A program made the translations under genes and the position numbers. From contig JAXHMY010000001.1 in assembly GCA_034520965.1 (NCBI GenBank), positions 640,001 through 704,000 on the forward strand: a stretch of 64,000 nucleotides of DNA, read 5' to 3'. The notes under the pieces were generated by a model. The model had not been told where the DNA came from and ran no database searches. It saw only the letters and a list, made by a program, of their open reading frames with translations. Numbering within the stretch: position 1 is the stretch's first letter; each line of letters opens with the position of its first letter. Below, in pieces: positions 31,852 through 41,455 of the stretch. Origin of the DNA: Spirochaetia bacterium (GTDB taxonomy: Bacteria > Spirochaetota > Spirochaetia > DSM-16054 > Sediminispirochaetaceae).

Positions 31852-32811
31852 GGAATAATCCTCACTAAAAACGAGATAAACAGAGCAGCAATTGCAACCA
31901 GTAAAAACAGCTGATACCTCTCCTGCTCTAAAAAGCGAATATTTTCACCCCCCTGCTGCAGTGAGAGACACGCAAACAGCTCCGACAGTGAACCCTCTTC
32001 ATCCATTTGACAATAAGCCCCCCCGGTTTCTTCTGCTAGTTTTCGCAGGGGCACCGGATTCAGCCTACTAATTACAACTTCCCCGCTCTGGTTGCGAAGA
32101 GAGTGCTCTTCACTTAAAGGGATTTCTCCCCCCTGTGTCGTTCCCACCCCGACTACATCAACCGTAATTTGTTCCTTAGAAGCGGCAGTTGTCACAGCTG
32201 TACTACTTCCCGCTATGAAAGTGGCCGTCTGTAAAGAGTATGACAATTTTACGACGTTCTTCTCCGGAGGGAAAAGCCTTAAAAGCAGTCTCCAGCCCGG
32301 CCTGGATATTGGTGCTGCCGGATGAAAACATCGAGGGGGCAACAGTATCAATAGCCTTCTTCATGGCTTCAAGATCCTCTGTTACCGGCACATAGACATA
32401 TCCCTCACCTTTAAAAACCACCAAACCATAACGAGAGGAATTACTGCGGCCTATGATACTGTTGATCAATACGGTAGTTCTCTCTAAACGGCTCGGCTGA
32501 ATATCCCGACTCAGCATACTACGAGAAATGTCTACGGCAAAAATGACATCCTTATCAGACGGAAGTTCTTCAAGGGCCTCCCGCTTGTCTTTAATTCCCG
32601 TCAGTGCAAGAACAATAAACAAAAGTGAGAGTAAGAAGAAAAAGGATGTGAAAAACCATTTAATAGTAAATACATCAAACAGCCTATTCGCAGGACCCCG
32701 CCCCTTCACACGCTTGAACTCTTTACGCCCCATTCGATAATTTCGCAGCAGGACCGCTCCGACCGGGAGTAACAGCAGAAGCAGCCACAAACTTTCGGGA
32801 TGAAGCAGCAT
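31833..32811 (-). CDS. batB: VWA domain protein, BatB-like, frameshift near 32210
   Basis: MIDAS DISRSM, PSRLE, LFTDG; continues as VDVVGVGTTQGGEIP...ERYQLFL. Confidence 0.82.
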
Positions 32812-32812
32812 A

Positions 32813-33814
32813 CTAGAGAACCTCCCGGAAAATAATTTTACGAATAACAAATGCAAGCAGTAATAGTACCAACGCGGCCAGGATAAATTCACGATGAATT
32901 GGTTCAGTTTTTATATCCACTCGTACCCTCTGCTGAACGCTCTCAAGGGAGTCAATATCATTGAAAACCGATTCTAACGACCCCGGACTGGTAGCCGGAA
33001 AAAACTTTCCATCGGTCATTGTGGAGATTTCTTTCAGGAGTTCCTCATCATACTGACTTTCTATTTTGCCGCGAATGATATTGCCGGTAGCCGGATCTTC
33101 AAGCTCAATCGGCACTTCACCGTGGGTACCAACTCCTATTGTATATACTCGAACCCCCATCTCGGCTGCTATCTTGGCCGCTGAGAGGGGAGGTATCTCT
33201 CCTGCGTTGTTCTCTCCGTCAGTGATCAATATTACAATTTTGTTCTGAGCCTGACTATGCTGGAGATGCACGCAGGCTACAGCTATTCCCATTCCGATTG
33301 CAGTCCCCTGCCCCATCTCCATCAATTTCATCCCGTCCAGTCGGTCATACACGGTTTGATAGTCACGGGTGGGAGGCACCCTCAGTGCCGCCTGGTTTCC
33401 AAAACCGACAATGCCAATCGAATCATTATTACGTCGTCCGACAAAATCCTTCAACACCCCCTTCGCAGTTTCAAAACGGTTGACCGGTGAGAAATCCTGG
33501 GCAGCCATACTGGGAGATTCATCTAGTACCAACAGAATGTCATGTCCACGGTTCAGATGGATACGCTCTTTTTCGGAAATTGATGGACCGGCTACCGCTA
33601 TTAAAAGTGCGATCAAAGCACACCAGAAGGCAGCAGTTGAAACAAATAAAGCGAAACGCTCTATAAAGCGGGCTTTTGAGAGGACCTCTTTCTGCCAAAT
33701 GGTGAAGGAAAAAGAGATATGAGCTCCCCGTTTATTCCACAAATGGTTTAGATAGAGAAGGGTCGGCAAAACGGCTAAAAGTATTAACAATACGGGAGAA
33801 TCAAAAGTGATCAT
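32813..33814 (-). CDS. batA: VWA domain protein BatA
   Basis: DESPSM, GTAIGMG, LITDGENNAG, VYTIGVG. Confidence 0.88.
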   Translation of the reverse strand: MITFDSPVLLILLAVLPTLLYLNHLWNKRGAHISFSFTIWQKEVLSKARFIERFALFVSTAAFWCALIALLIAVAGPSISEKERIHLNRGHDILLVLDESPSMAAQDFSPVNRFETAKGVLKDFVGRRNNDSIGIVGFGNQAALRVPPTRDYQTVYDRLDGMKLMEMGQGTAIGMGIAVACVHLQHSQAQNKIVILITDGENNAGEIPPLSAAKIAAEMGVRVYTIGVGTHGEVPIELEDPATGNIIRGKIESQYDEELLKEISTMTDGKFFPATSPGSLESVFNDIDSLESVQQRVRVDIKTEPIHREFILAALVLLLLAFVIRKIIFREVL

Positions 33815-34758
33815 TTCGTGGGCTTTCTCCGTTTCTGTTTTTTTTGTTTCTCCGCTTCTCGATTAGCACCCTCAACATATGCCTCAATCTCCTTTGCAGC
33901 GGAAACCACCATTTCAAGGTCCTCTTCACGCTGTTTTTTTGATGCATTTAAGCCGCCGAACTTGATCTCATCGCTTTGCTGCATCATTCGCACCAAGGCG
34001 TCAACCTGTTCGGTACTGTCGGAAGGTAGAGTTTTCCGCAACTGTGCGCGAAGCTCGGAAGAGGTAAGCGATATAAAATCCTCCTTTGTTCGGGAAGAGA
34101 GGTAATGTCGCAGCTCCGCCGACAATACTATATAGAATCGGCGGCTGCTCATTTGCAGATGCTTCTCACGCAGATCCTTCAATGCACGCATAAAGCGCTT
34201 GTGCGGTCGTCTGCCCGTCTTGATAGATACAAACCACTTCACCCCTTTAGTCACGCGGCCGGCAAAACTGAATACAAATACAGGACCAAAAAACAGAATA
34301 AGAACCGCCAGACCAATGGCCAGCCGTGTTCCTGGAAGATAGAGTTGCCCCTTGATGCCGAAAAAGTCCAAAGTCCGTTCCTGGAGAATTGATTTTGTGT
34401 GCAGCTTTACATCATTGAGCACTACATCCCCTAGCTGCATAACCGGGAGGGTCCTGGTTCCCGGTGCGTATGAAGTAAAATCAATCTGCACATCCCACCG
34501 CGATCCCTCTTGTTCTACCCGCACATCGTGGATATCAATCCAATTGGTAACCGGCACTTCTTCAGGCGGCAGCACTCGCATACCCGACTCGGGATACAAA
34601 CTCAGGCGCATTTCCACAGTATCTCCTACATAAATATCGGGTGGCAAAAAGATGTGGTTCTCAACCCGAGCCCCCTCTACCGAGGCCACCGGCATCAGAA
34701 TACAGAGCAGCAACAGCACGACCCAGAAGAATACCATCGTCCTTCGTACAGCTCTCAC
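33811..34758 (-). CDS. Membrane-anchored Bat-operon protein
   Basis: Signal peptide, TM segment, LRHYL...TSSE...DEIKF; lies between DUF58 and batA. Confidence 0.75.
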   Translation of the reverse strand: MRAVRRTMVFFWVVLLLLCILMPVASVEGARVENHIFLPPDIYVGDTVEMRLSLYPESGMRVLPPEEVPVTNWIDIHDVRVEQEGSRWDVQIDFTSYAPGTRTLPVMQLGDVVLNDVKLHTKSILQERTLDFFGIKGQLYLPGTRLAIGLAVLILFFGPVFVFSFAGRVTKGVKWFVSIKTGRRPHKRFMRALKDLREKHLQMSSRRFYIVLSAELRHYLSSRTKEDFISLTSSELRAQLRKTLPSDSTEQVDALVRMMQQSDEIKFGGLNASKKQREEDLEMVVSAAKEIEAYVEGANREAEKQKKQKRRKPTK

Positions 34759-35631
34759 CTTCGCCGTCTCCTCGATTCAAAGAACTGCATCAATTTCACT
34801 ACTGGATCGTCGTTTGTACTCATTGAGAGCGTACCGAGCCCGCGTCGACGGGATTCCCGCTGCCAGAGTAAGTGGTAGGCATCCCAAAACTCGCGGTAGG
34901 AGTGTCGAAACTTTCTGCTCCCGCCCGGAGCCTGCAGGCGGGCACCTGTCTCCGGATCAACCAGTTGAACTAAACCGGTAAAGGGAAATACCTTTTCTGA
35001 AGGGTCGGTAATTTTTACCGCAATCACGTCGTGTTTCTTGGCCAACAAACTCATCTCTCGCCAACTCGGGCTCACCCTGAAATCGGAAATTATCACACAA
35101 ATTCCCCGCCGGTTGAGAGATTCATACACCGTCCGTATGGCATGGCCCAGGTCCGATCCCTGCCCCTCCGGGGGCAGGTGCATCATATCTTCTACTAATC
35201 GAAAGACCTGTTTTTTGCCCTTCCGCGGGGGTATCCACTTTTCTATCTTATCCGAGAAGAAAACCGCCCCCACTCGGTCGTTGTTATGGACCGCAGAAAA
35301 GGCCAAGAGAGAACTTACCACCGCGACCATATCCTGCTTACTCATGCGTCCTGTACCCGTTTGCAGTGAAGCAGACATCATCAGGCATAAACCGAACCGC
35401 ATTGCTCTGCGCTTAGCGGAAGGTTTTCATGTAAGGCTCCCCTAAGCGAGAACTCACATTCCAATCAATAAAGCGTGCATCATCCCCCTCGTGGTATTCC
35501 CGTACCTCATCGAACTCAAGCCCCGGGCCCCGGAACACCGACCGGTAATTTCCGGACAGCAATCCCTCGACCAATTTGGCCGAGGCGAGAGGCAGGTTCT
35601 TAATGCGTGAGAAAAGACTGAAGGTATCCAT
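34755..35631 (-). CDS. DUF58 protein, frameshift near 35410
   Basis: GLEFDEVREY..GDDARFIDWNVSSR; NDRVG, IISDF. Confidence 0.88.
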
Positions 35632-35636
35632 ACAGT

Positions 35637-36617
35637 TTAAGGTACCGGAACTACTTTCAGCAGTTGCGCGATTACATCATCCGGAGTAAGCTCTTCCGAC
35701 TCCGCCTCATAACTTAACACAATTCGGTGACGCAGGACCCGATAGGCCACCGCTTTTACATCATCGGGAATAGCAAAGGTTCGCCCCTCAAACAGAGCTT
35801 TTATCTTTGCACAGCGGTACAGATAAATAGTTGCACGGGTAGAGGCTCCGTAATCGATAAAGCGGGAGAAACTGCGGCTCTCTTCACTAGTAGTCCGTGA
35901 GGCGGTGACAATCTGTACAATATACTCTTCTATCCGCTCATCCACCAAAATTGTAGATGCAACCTTCCGCAGTTCACGCAACTGAACAGGAGTAAGCACC
36001 TTCTCCACTCTTATATCTTGAAAAATGCCCATTCGCCGAAGTATCTTCAACTCCTCTTCACTACTCGGATATTCAACTTGAAGTTTCATAAGAAAACGGT
36101 CAAGCTGGGCTTCCGGCAAGGGGTAGGTACCCTCCTGTTCGATCGGGTTCTGAGTAGCCAAAACAAAAAACGGGTCAGGCAAGGGGTAGGTTGTCTCCCC
36201 GATGGTTACCTGACGCTCTTCCATTGCCTCTAACAAGGCCGATTGCACTTTGGCCGGGGCGCGGTTAATTTCGTCGGCAAGAATAATATTACTAAACACG
36301 GGTCCCTTGCGCGGCACAAACTCACCGGTATTCTGCCGGTAGATCAGGGTACCGATCAGGTCGGCGGGCAGCAAATCCGGGGTAAACTGTAGTCGCTTGA
36401 AGTCGACATCGACCACATCGGCAACAGTTTTTACCGCCAATGTTTTTGCCAAACCCGGCACACCCTCCAGCAGCACATGGCCGCCGGCGATCAAGGCCAT
36501 CAAAATGCCGTCTACCATGTTCTGCTGGCCAACAATGCGTTTACCTATCTCTTCCCTACACTGATCAAGCTCCGCAGATGTGTGAGCTATTCTATCTTCA
36601 AATTCCGTCATTATCAT
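35637..36617 (-). CDS. moxR: MoxR family AAA+ ATPase
   Basis: EGVPGLAKT, QFTPDLLPAD, DEINRAPAKVQSALLEAMEE, LPEAQLDRF. Confidence 0.95.
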   Translation of the reverse strand: MIMTEFEDRIAHTSAELDQCREEIGKRIVGQQNMVDGILMALIAGGHVLLEGVPGLAKTLAVKTVADVVDVDFKRLQFTPDLLPADLIGTLIYRQNTGEFVPRKGPVFSNIILADEINRAPAKVQSALLEAMEERQVTIGETTYPLPDPFFVLATQNPIEQEGTYPLPEAQLDRFLMKLQVEYPSSEEELKILRRMGIFQDIRVEKVLTPVQLRELRKVASTILVDERIEEYIVQIVTASRTTSEESRSFSRFIDYGASTRATIYLYRCAKIKALFEGRTFAIPDDVKAVAYRVLRHRIVLSYEAESEELTPDDVIAQLLKVVPVP

Positions 36618-36723
36618 AGAGTATCCTTATATAGCTTTACTTTGTAGTGACCTTTTACCATAATATATCAAGGTAGAGGTTGCAATACCAGCAATTCGAA
36701 ATGGAGAAGTAAGGACGGTTTGT

Positions 36724-37569
36724 ATGATAAAAACAAATTACCATAGTCACAGCTCATTCTGCGATGGAGAGGGACGCTTAGAGGCATATGTTGAATATGC
36801 CCTTTCTCAACACATGCAGGCCCTTGGTTTCTCCGGGCATGCCCCGCTGCCCTTTCCCAACGCATGGACAATGGATGAGGAAGCTTTATCCCTCTACCTT
36901 GGGGAGGCGCAGCATTTAAAAGAATTGTACCGCGGCAGAATTGAACTTTATACAGGTTTAGAAATAGACTACCTTGATGAGACCCACAATCCGGCCCATT
37001 CCTATTACGAGGCACTGGAGCTGGATTACCGAATAGGTTCGGTGCATATGCTGCCGGACCCGGAGAACGGCGAATTTTATTCGGTGGACGGGCCAACCGA
37101 CGAGATCGAGCACTTGCTGGATAAAGTGTATGAGGGTTCAGCTGAAAAAATGATAACTGCGTATTACCGTCAGCTGCAGAATATGGTGAGAATCGGGGGC
37201 TTCGATTTTATCGGCCACCTCGACCTGGTAAAAAAGCAAAACAGAAATATGGCCTTTTTCTCGGAGAAAGAGGAGTGGTATCAAGACCTAATCACTGGAG
37301 TACTGGATACTATTTCTGTCTACGGCCGGATGGTGGAGGTGAATACCGGGGCTATTGCGCGCGGATACACCGACGAGCCCTATCCCTCCCCCTGGATTCT
37401 CAAGATGTGCTTGGAGCGGAATATTCCGATCATCTTAAACTCAGATGCCCATAAACCCTCATGGGTGGATTTTGGTTTTGATGAGGCGCGAAAGATAATT
37501 GCAGAAGCGGGCTATTCGAGGGGTATGGCCCTCTTACAGGGAAAGTGGCAGGAGGTACAGTATGCGTGA
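36724..37569 (+). CDS. PHP-family histidinol phosphatase (HisJ/HisK-like)
   Basis: NYHSHSSFCDG, SGHAP, GSVH, GHLD, EVNT, SDAH. Confidence 0.88.
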   Translation: MIKTNYHSHSSFCDGEGRLEAYVEYALSQHMQALGFSGHAPLPFPNAWTMDEEALSLYLGEAQHLKELYRGRIELYTGLEIDYLDETHNPAHSYYEALELDYRIGSVHMLPDPENGEFYSVDGPTDEIEHLLDKVYEGSAEKMITAYYRQLQNMVRIGGFDFIGHLDLVKKQNRNMAFFSEKEEWYQDLITGVLDTISVYGRMVEVNTGAIARGYTDEPYPSPWILKMCLERNIPIILNSDAHKPSWVDFGFDEARKIIAEAGYSRGMALLQGKWQEVQYA

Positions 37570-38434
37570 AGCTGAAAATCTTGACGAAGTGGCCGCTGCG
37601 CGTATTGAAGAGTTGAAGCAAATTGTCCGTCGAAACGCAGAGCAGCATAACAAGACTATCAAGACACTGAAAGAAACCCGAACCACCGTTAGGCGTAACT
37701 ACCACGGAATGGTCCAATTGTTGATTGAGGTTATATCTCTGGGAAATCGATACCTCGGCGGGCATCTAAAGCGCTGCGCAGAAACTTCATGGCAGTTCTG
37801 CACGCATATACAACTGCCGAAGGACGTATGCTACCTGCACTACTACGGAGCACTGCTGCACGATATCGGGCTGGTCGGAAAAGGGGCCGAACTAAGCGAA
37901 ACACCGCCGGAACAGCTCTCTGACCAGCAGCGGGAAGAGTTTCGCCAGCACCCTCTTTACGGGGAGAAAATCATCAGCACAGTGTATAATCTTAAACGAA
38001 CTGCAGATATCATTCGCTCCCATCATGAGCGGTACGACGGGCACGGATTTCCCGACCAGCTGCAGGGAAGCTCCATTCCCCGCGGTGCCCGCATGGTACG
38101 AATCGTAAACGACTGGGACAACCTGCTGTACAAATACAATCTGAATATTGAAGCGGCGGTAGAGTCGATCTCCTCCGGCTCCGGAACCCTGTACGACCCC
38201 AAAATTACCGACAAGTTTATTGAATTTGCCGAATGGGCCAAAAACCGTGAAGAGCCGGGAAAAAAAATCCATATCTCCGAACTTGTCCCTGGTATGTATC
38301 TAAAAGAGGATATACTGCTAAACAACGGGCTGATGCTGATGCCCCACGGAATGGTACTGGACCAGTTTACCATAGACAAGATACACTCCTTCGAGTCGAT
38401 GATCGAAGGCGACCATTCAATTACCGTTGTGTAG
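37562..38434 (+). CDS. HD-GYP domain protein
   Basis: LLHDIG, HP..G, HHERYDGHGFP. Confidence 0.88.
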   Translation: MREAENLDEVAAARIEELKQIVRRNAEQHNKTIKTLKETRTTVRRNYHGMVQLLIEVISLGNRYLGGHLKRCAETSWQFCTHIQLPKDVCYLHYYGALLHDIGLVGKGAELSETPPEQLSDQQREEFRQHPLYGEKIISTVYNLKRTADIIRSHHERYDGHGFPDQLQGSSIPRGARMVRIVNDWDNLLYKYNLNIEAAVESISSGSGTLYDPKITDKFIEFAEWAKNREEPGKKIHISELVPGMYLKEDILLNNGLMLMPHGMVLDQFTIDKIHSFESMIEGDHSITVV

Positions 38435-38466
38435 ATAACAAAAGAAGCTTAGCTGCCCCCGGAGGA

Positions 38467-39252
38467 CTAAGCCTCCGGTTTTGGTTTGCCTACCGGGGCC
38501 GCGTATACCACGAACTCATCCTGCCCATCGACTCCCAATAAGCGATCACTCTTTTCTTGATCAAAGGCACCCACCGCGCAGGTTCCGGCTCCAATTGCCT
38601 CACAAGCCAGATACAGGTTCTGACACACATGCCCTGCATCGAGCAGAATCAGACGATAGGCCTCAAAGGCATAGGCCCGCTCTGAGCGATAGGGTACTGC
38701 AGTCCAGATAAAGCTGGCCGCCGCCCCAAAATTATGGGCCAACAGTGCTTCATCGAGCAGTTTCTCACTTTCTTCTCCAAAATCTTCAGCCGGTTTTAGT
38801 AACTCTAGGCTGTGATCCAAGGGCAGGTAATGGTAGAGCCCCGGCTTTAATCCCTCCACTCTTTGCACAAAGATGTAGGTCTCTAAAGGATGACGCGCTC
38901 CACCGGAGGGAACCGTTCTCAGGGTTATTTTGTCCGTCTTCTTACGAACTCCCTGGATAGCCCACAATAGATAGGCCAGTTCATCGAAACTCAAGGCTTC
39001 AGCGCTAAACTTCCGGCGACTCCGCCGAGCATAGATTGCCTCGTTCAAGGAAATGGTGCTGCCGACTCCCTTCCGCAGCGAGTCTATTGCCGGCAGAGGC
39101 ACCACGGTATCTGCGCTAGGTGCTTTCTGCAGCGGCGGCCGTGGAGTATTTTTCTTGCGATCGGTCTCAAACGAGCTTAATTCATTCCAGTTTGATTTTA
39201 AGATCCAGCGCCCATGTTTTAGGTCCTTGGGCCACGTGTTGATGTTTTGCAT
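38467..39252 (-). CDS. SagB/ThcOx-like nitroreductase-family protein
   Basis: RRSRRKF, RTVPSGGARHPLE, DAGHVCQNLYL. Confidence 0.88.
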   Translation of the reverse strand: MQNINTWPKDLKHGRWILKSNWNELSSFETDRKKNTPRPPLQKAPSADTVVPLPAIDSLRKGVGSTISLNEAIYARRSRRKFSAEALSFDELAYLLWAIQGVRKKTDKITLRTVPSGGARHPLETYIFVQRVEGLKPGLYHYLPLDHSLELLKPAEDFGEESEKLLDEALLAHNFGAAASFIWTAVPYRSERAYAFEAYRLILLDAGHVCQNLYLACEAIGAGTCAVGAFDQEKSDRLLGVDGQDEFVVYAAPVGKPKPEA

Positions 39253-39345
39253 ATACTTCCCCCTTCTAAATAAGTATAGCAGCATAGGTTGAAACTACCA
39301 AGACCGAGACTTTCAATGAGCCTCAATTTACGCTACACTGAAGGT

Positions 39346-39768
39346 ATGAAGAAAACCACATCATTAAAAGAATTAGTTGAAGATGGGCTGTCTGAAGCTG
39401 AAGATCTTAACTGTGCCGAGACGATTTTGTATGCAGCTAATCGGGCTTATGGACTTGAGATGCCGCATTCTGCACTTAAATTAGCCGCCGGCTTCGGTGG
39501 CGGGATGGGTATCGGCTCAACCTGCGGAGCTCTCACCGGCAGTATTATGGCCCTCAGTGCCATATTTGTAAAAGACCGCGGCCATGAGAGCGACTACATT
39601 AAAACCCTGAATGCAGAGTTATTTGAAAGCTTCAGAAACAGAATGGAGTCCATCGATTGTGACTACCTAAAGGAACACTACCGCTCACCCCAGGATAGCT
39701 GTCACCCAATAATCCTTGCAGCTGCAGAATTAACTGAAGCACTGATAGATCGCGAGTTAGACTTGTAA
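39346..39768 (+). CDS. C_GCAxxG_C_C family putative redox protein
   Basis: NCAET, FGGGMG...CGALTG, two further Cys. Confidence 0.85.
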   Translation: MKKTTSLKELVEDGLSEAEDLNCAETILYAANRAYGLEMPHSALKLAAGFGGGMGIGSTCGALTGSIMALSAIFVKDRGHESDYIKTLNAELFESFRNRMESIDCDYLKEHYRSPQDSCHPIILAAAELTEALIDRELDL

Positions 39769-39820
39769 AATTCAGCCTTTATCAACTAATTCGTAAATTT
39801 TTGCTAAAGGAGGATTTCAA

Positions 39821-40273
39821 ATGTCAACTTCAAAGAAATTACTTTTATCGATGCTAAAAAACTATATTCATGAGGGAAAACAGTTTTCAGAAGACATTCC
39901 GGCAGCATATCTGACTGTTCATCAAATCGGGGTACTTGCCGGTCGGGGAAGTCTCGATTTTGGAGGCAGCGAGTACTCCACAGCACAAATCGACTGGCTC
40001 GTACCACAGAAACAGCAGGAAGAAGACAAATATGGCTGGTGGCACCTCCCGCCGGGCAGCTATTTGGTTGAATTCAACGAAACACTGGAGCTCTCGCCCG
40101 GAATGCGAGCTTATCTGCAGATCTGGAAGAAGGCCGCCCGAAACGGGATTCAGCACCCCTTTATGCTAATCGACACATCCCACTCACCTCTGCAGGTGCT
40201 TGTCACGGTGGGACCCGAAGGGATCGATATAAAGGAGAATGCCAGGCTCTCACAACTCGGGCTTCTGGATTAA
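39821..40273 (+). CDS. dCTP deaminase/dUTPase-like protein
   Basis: LTV...LDFGGSE, YGWWHLPPGSYLVEFNE, IKENARLSQL; AAGGAGG RBS. Confidence 0.65.
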   Translation: MSTSKKLLLSMLKNYIHEGKQFSEDIPAAYLTVHQIGVLAGRGSLDFGGSEYSTAQIDWLVPQKQQEEDKYGWWHLPPGSYLVEFNETLELSPGMRAYLQIWKKAARNGIQHPFMLIDTSHSPLQVLVTVGPEGIDIKENARLSQLGLLD

Positions 40274-40369
40274 CACTGCCTTTTCAAAGACTCACATATA
40301 TGGTATATTGTTTACTATAATACTAGTGTTACACACTATATGGAAAATATAGTGAAAAAGGAGAAAAAT

Positions 40370-41383
40370 ATGAAACGAACAATTATTTTTTTGGTACTCG
40401 CAGCGTTAACAACTTTTGTCTTTATCGGCTGCGGCGGCGAAGAAGCGGCCGAAAGTGAAGGAGCTACAGAAAGTGAACAGGCCGCCGAGGTTGATGCAAC
40501 CTCTCAGCCTACCAAGATGACCGCAACAAACGCGTCCAACCTTCAAAAAGCCCTTGGTCCAAAGGGATCCTGGATTATAATTTTTGAAGATGACCTAACA
40601 GTAGGCGAGGAGGTTACAATCTCGGGTGAAGTGTACGAAGAGGAAGGTGCGGAAGCACCCCGTCGAAAGCTTGCTCTCTACGCCCAGGACTCGGACCGCA
40701 ACGTGACTGCACGCTATACACTTACCGTTCCTCGCTTGATAGTCGACCACGTGAATACCCGCATTCAAAGTGGTGAGGTTGCCGGTAACGTATATGTGAA
40801 CGCCGAAGGTTTTGAACTGGTAAACGGCGCCACCATCAACGGCAATCTATACTTTGCAAGCAAAGCTATTCGGGACAGCGCCACAATTGACGACTCGTCA
40901 ACCGTAATGGGCGAGATTCGCATAGGTCCTATTACCGATGCGATCACCCGGCCCACCCAAATGACCGTAACTAACGCCGATAACTTGCAGGAAGCTGTCG
41001 GAGCCGACGGTTCCTGGATTGTCATCTTCGAGGATGACCTGGAGGTGGACCAGGAAATTATGGTGTTTGGTGCAGCCTACGAAGACGAAGAGGCCGAAGC
41101 GCCCCGTCGTAAGCTTGCCCTCTACGCCCAGGACTCGGACCGCAACGTGACTGCACGCTATACCCTTTCTCTGCCGCAACTGGTAGTACATCACATGAAC
41201 ACCCGTATTCAGAGCGGAATTATTGAAGGCGATGTGTATGTTGAAGAGTCCGGGTTTGAACTGACCGGCGGAGGCACAATCGAGGGAGACCTCTACTTTG
41301 CCGATGAAGAGCTGAGAGAAAGCGCCACTATCAGTGACGATTCTACGGTTACCGGTGAAATTAGTATTGGCTCATTAGACTAA
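40370..41383 (+). CDS. Acidic lipoprotein with two tandem ~148-aa domains
   Basis: Lipobox FIGC; duplicated WI.IFEDDL...APRRKLALYAQDSDRNVTARYTL...NTRIQSG. Confidence 0.85.
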   Translation: MKRTIIFLVLAALTTFVFIGCGGEEAAESEGATESEQAAEVDATSQPTKMTATNASNLQKALGPKGSWIIIFEDDLTVGEEVTISGEVYEEEGAEAPRRKLALYAQDSDRNVTARYTLTVPRLIVDHVNTRIQSGEVAGNVYVNAEGFELVNGATINGNLYFASKAIRDSATIDDSSTVMGEIRIGPITDAITRPTQMTVTNADNLQEAVGADGSWIVIFEDDLEVDQEIMVFGAAYEDEEAEAPRRKLALYAQDSDRNVTARYTLSLPQLVVHHMNTRIQSGIIEGDVYVEESGFELTGGGTIEGDLYFADEELRESATISDDSTVTGEISIGSLD

Positions 41384-41406
41384 GCACAATCCGGTTGTGT
41401 TACACA

Positions 41407-41436
41407 AAACCCGGGCCTATACGCCGGGTTTCATTT
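41407..41436. terminator. Probable terminator hairpin between convergent genes
   Basis: AAACCCGG...CCGGGTTT. Confidence 0.55.
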
Positions 41437-41455
41437 TAAAGCTACGCGTGGCGTC

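Noticed and set aside
29207..36617. MoxR-DUF58-VWA-TPR cluster as a novel system
   Set aside because: Matches the already described Bat operon organisation.
38467..39252. SagB-like gene as part of a RiPP (azole) cluster
   Set aside because: No YcaO, precursor peptide or transporter nearby; stand-alone homologues are common.
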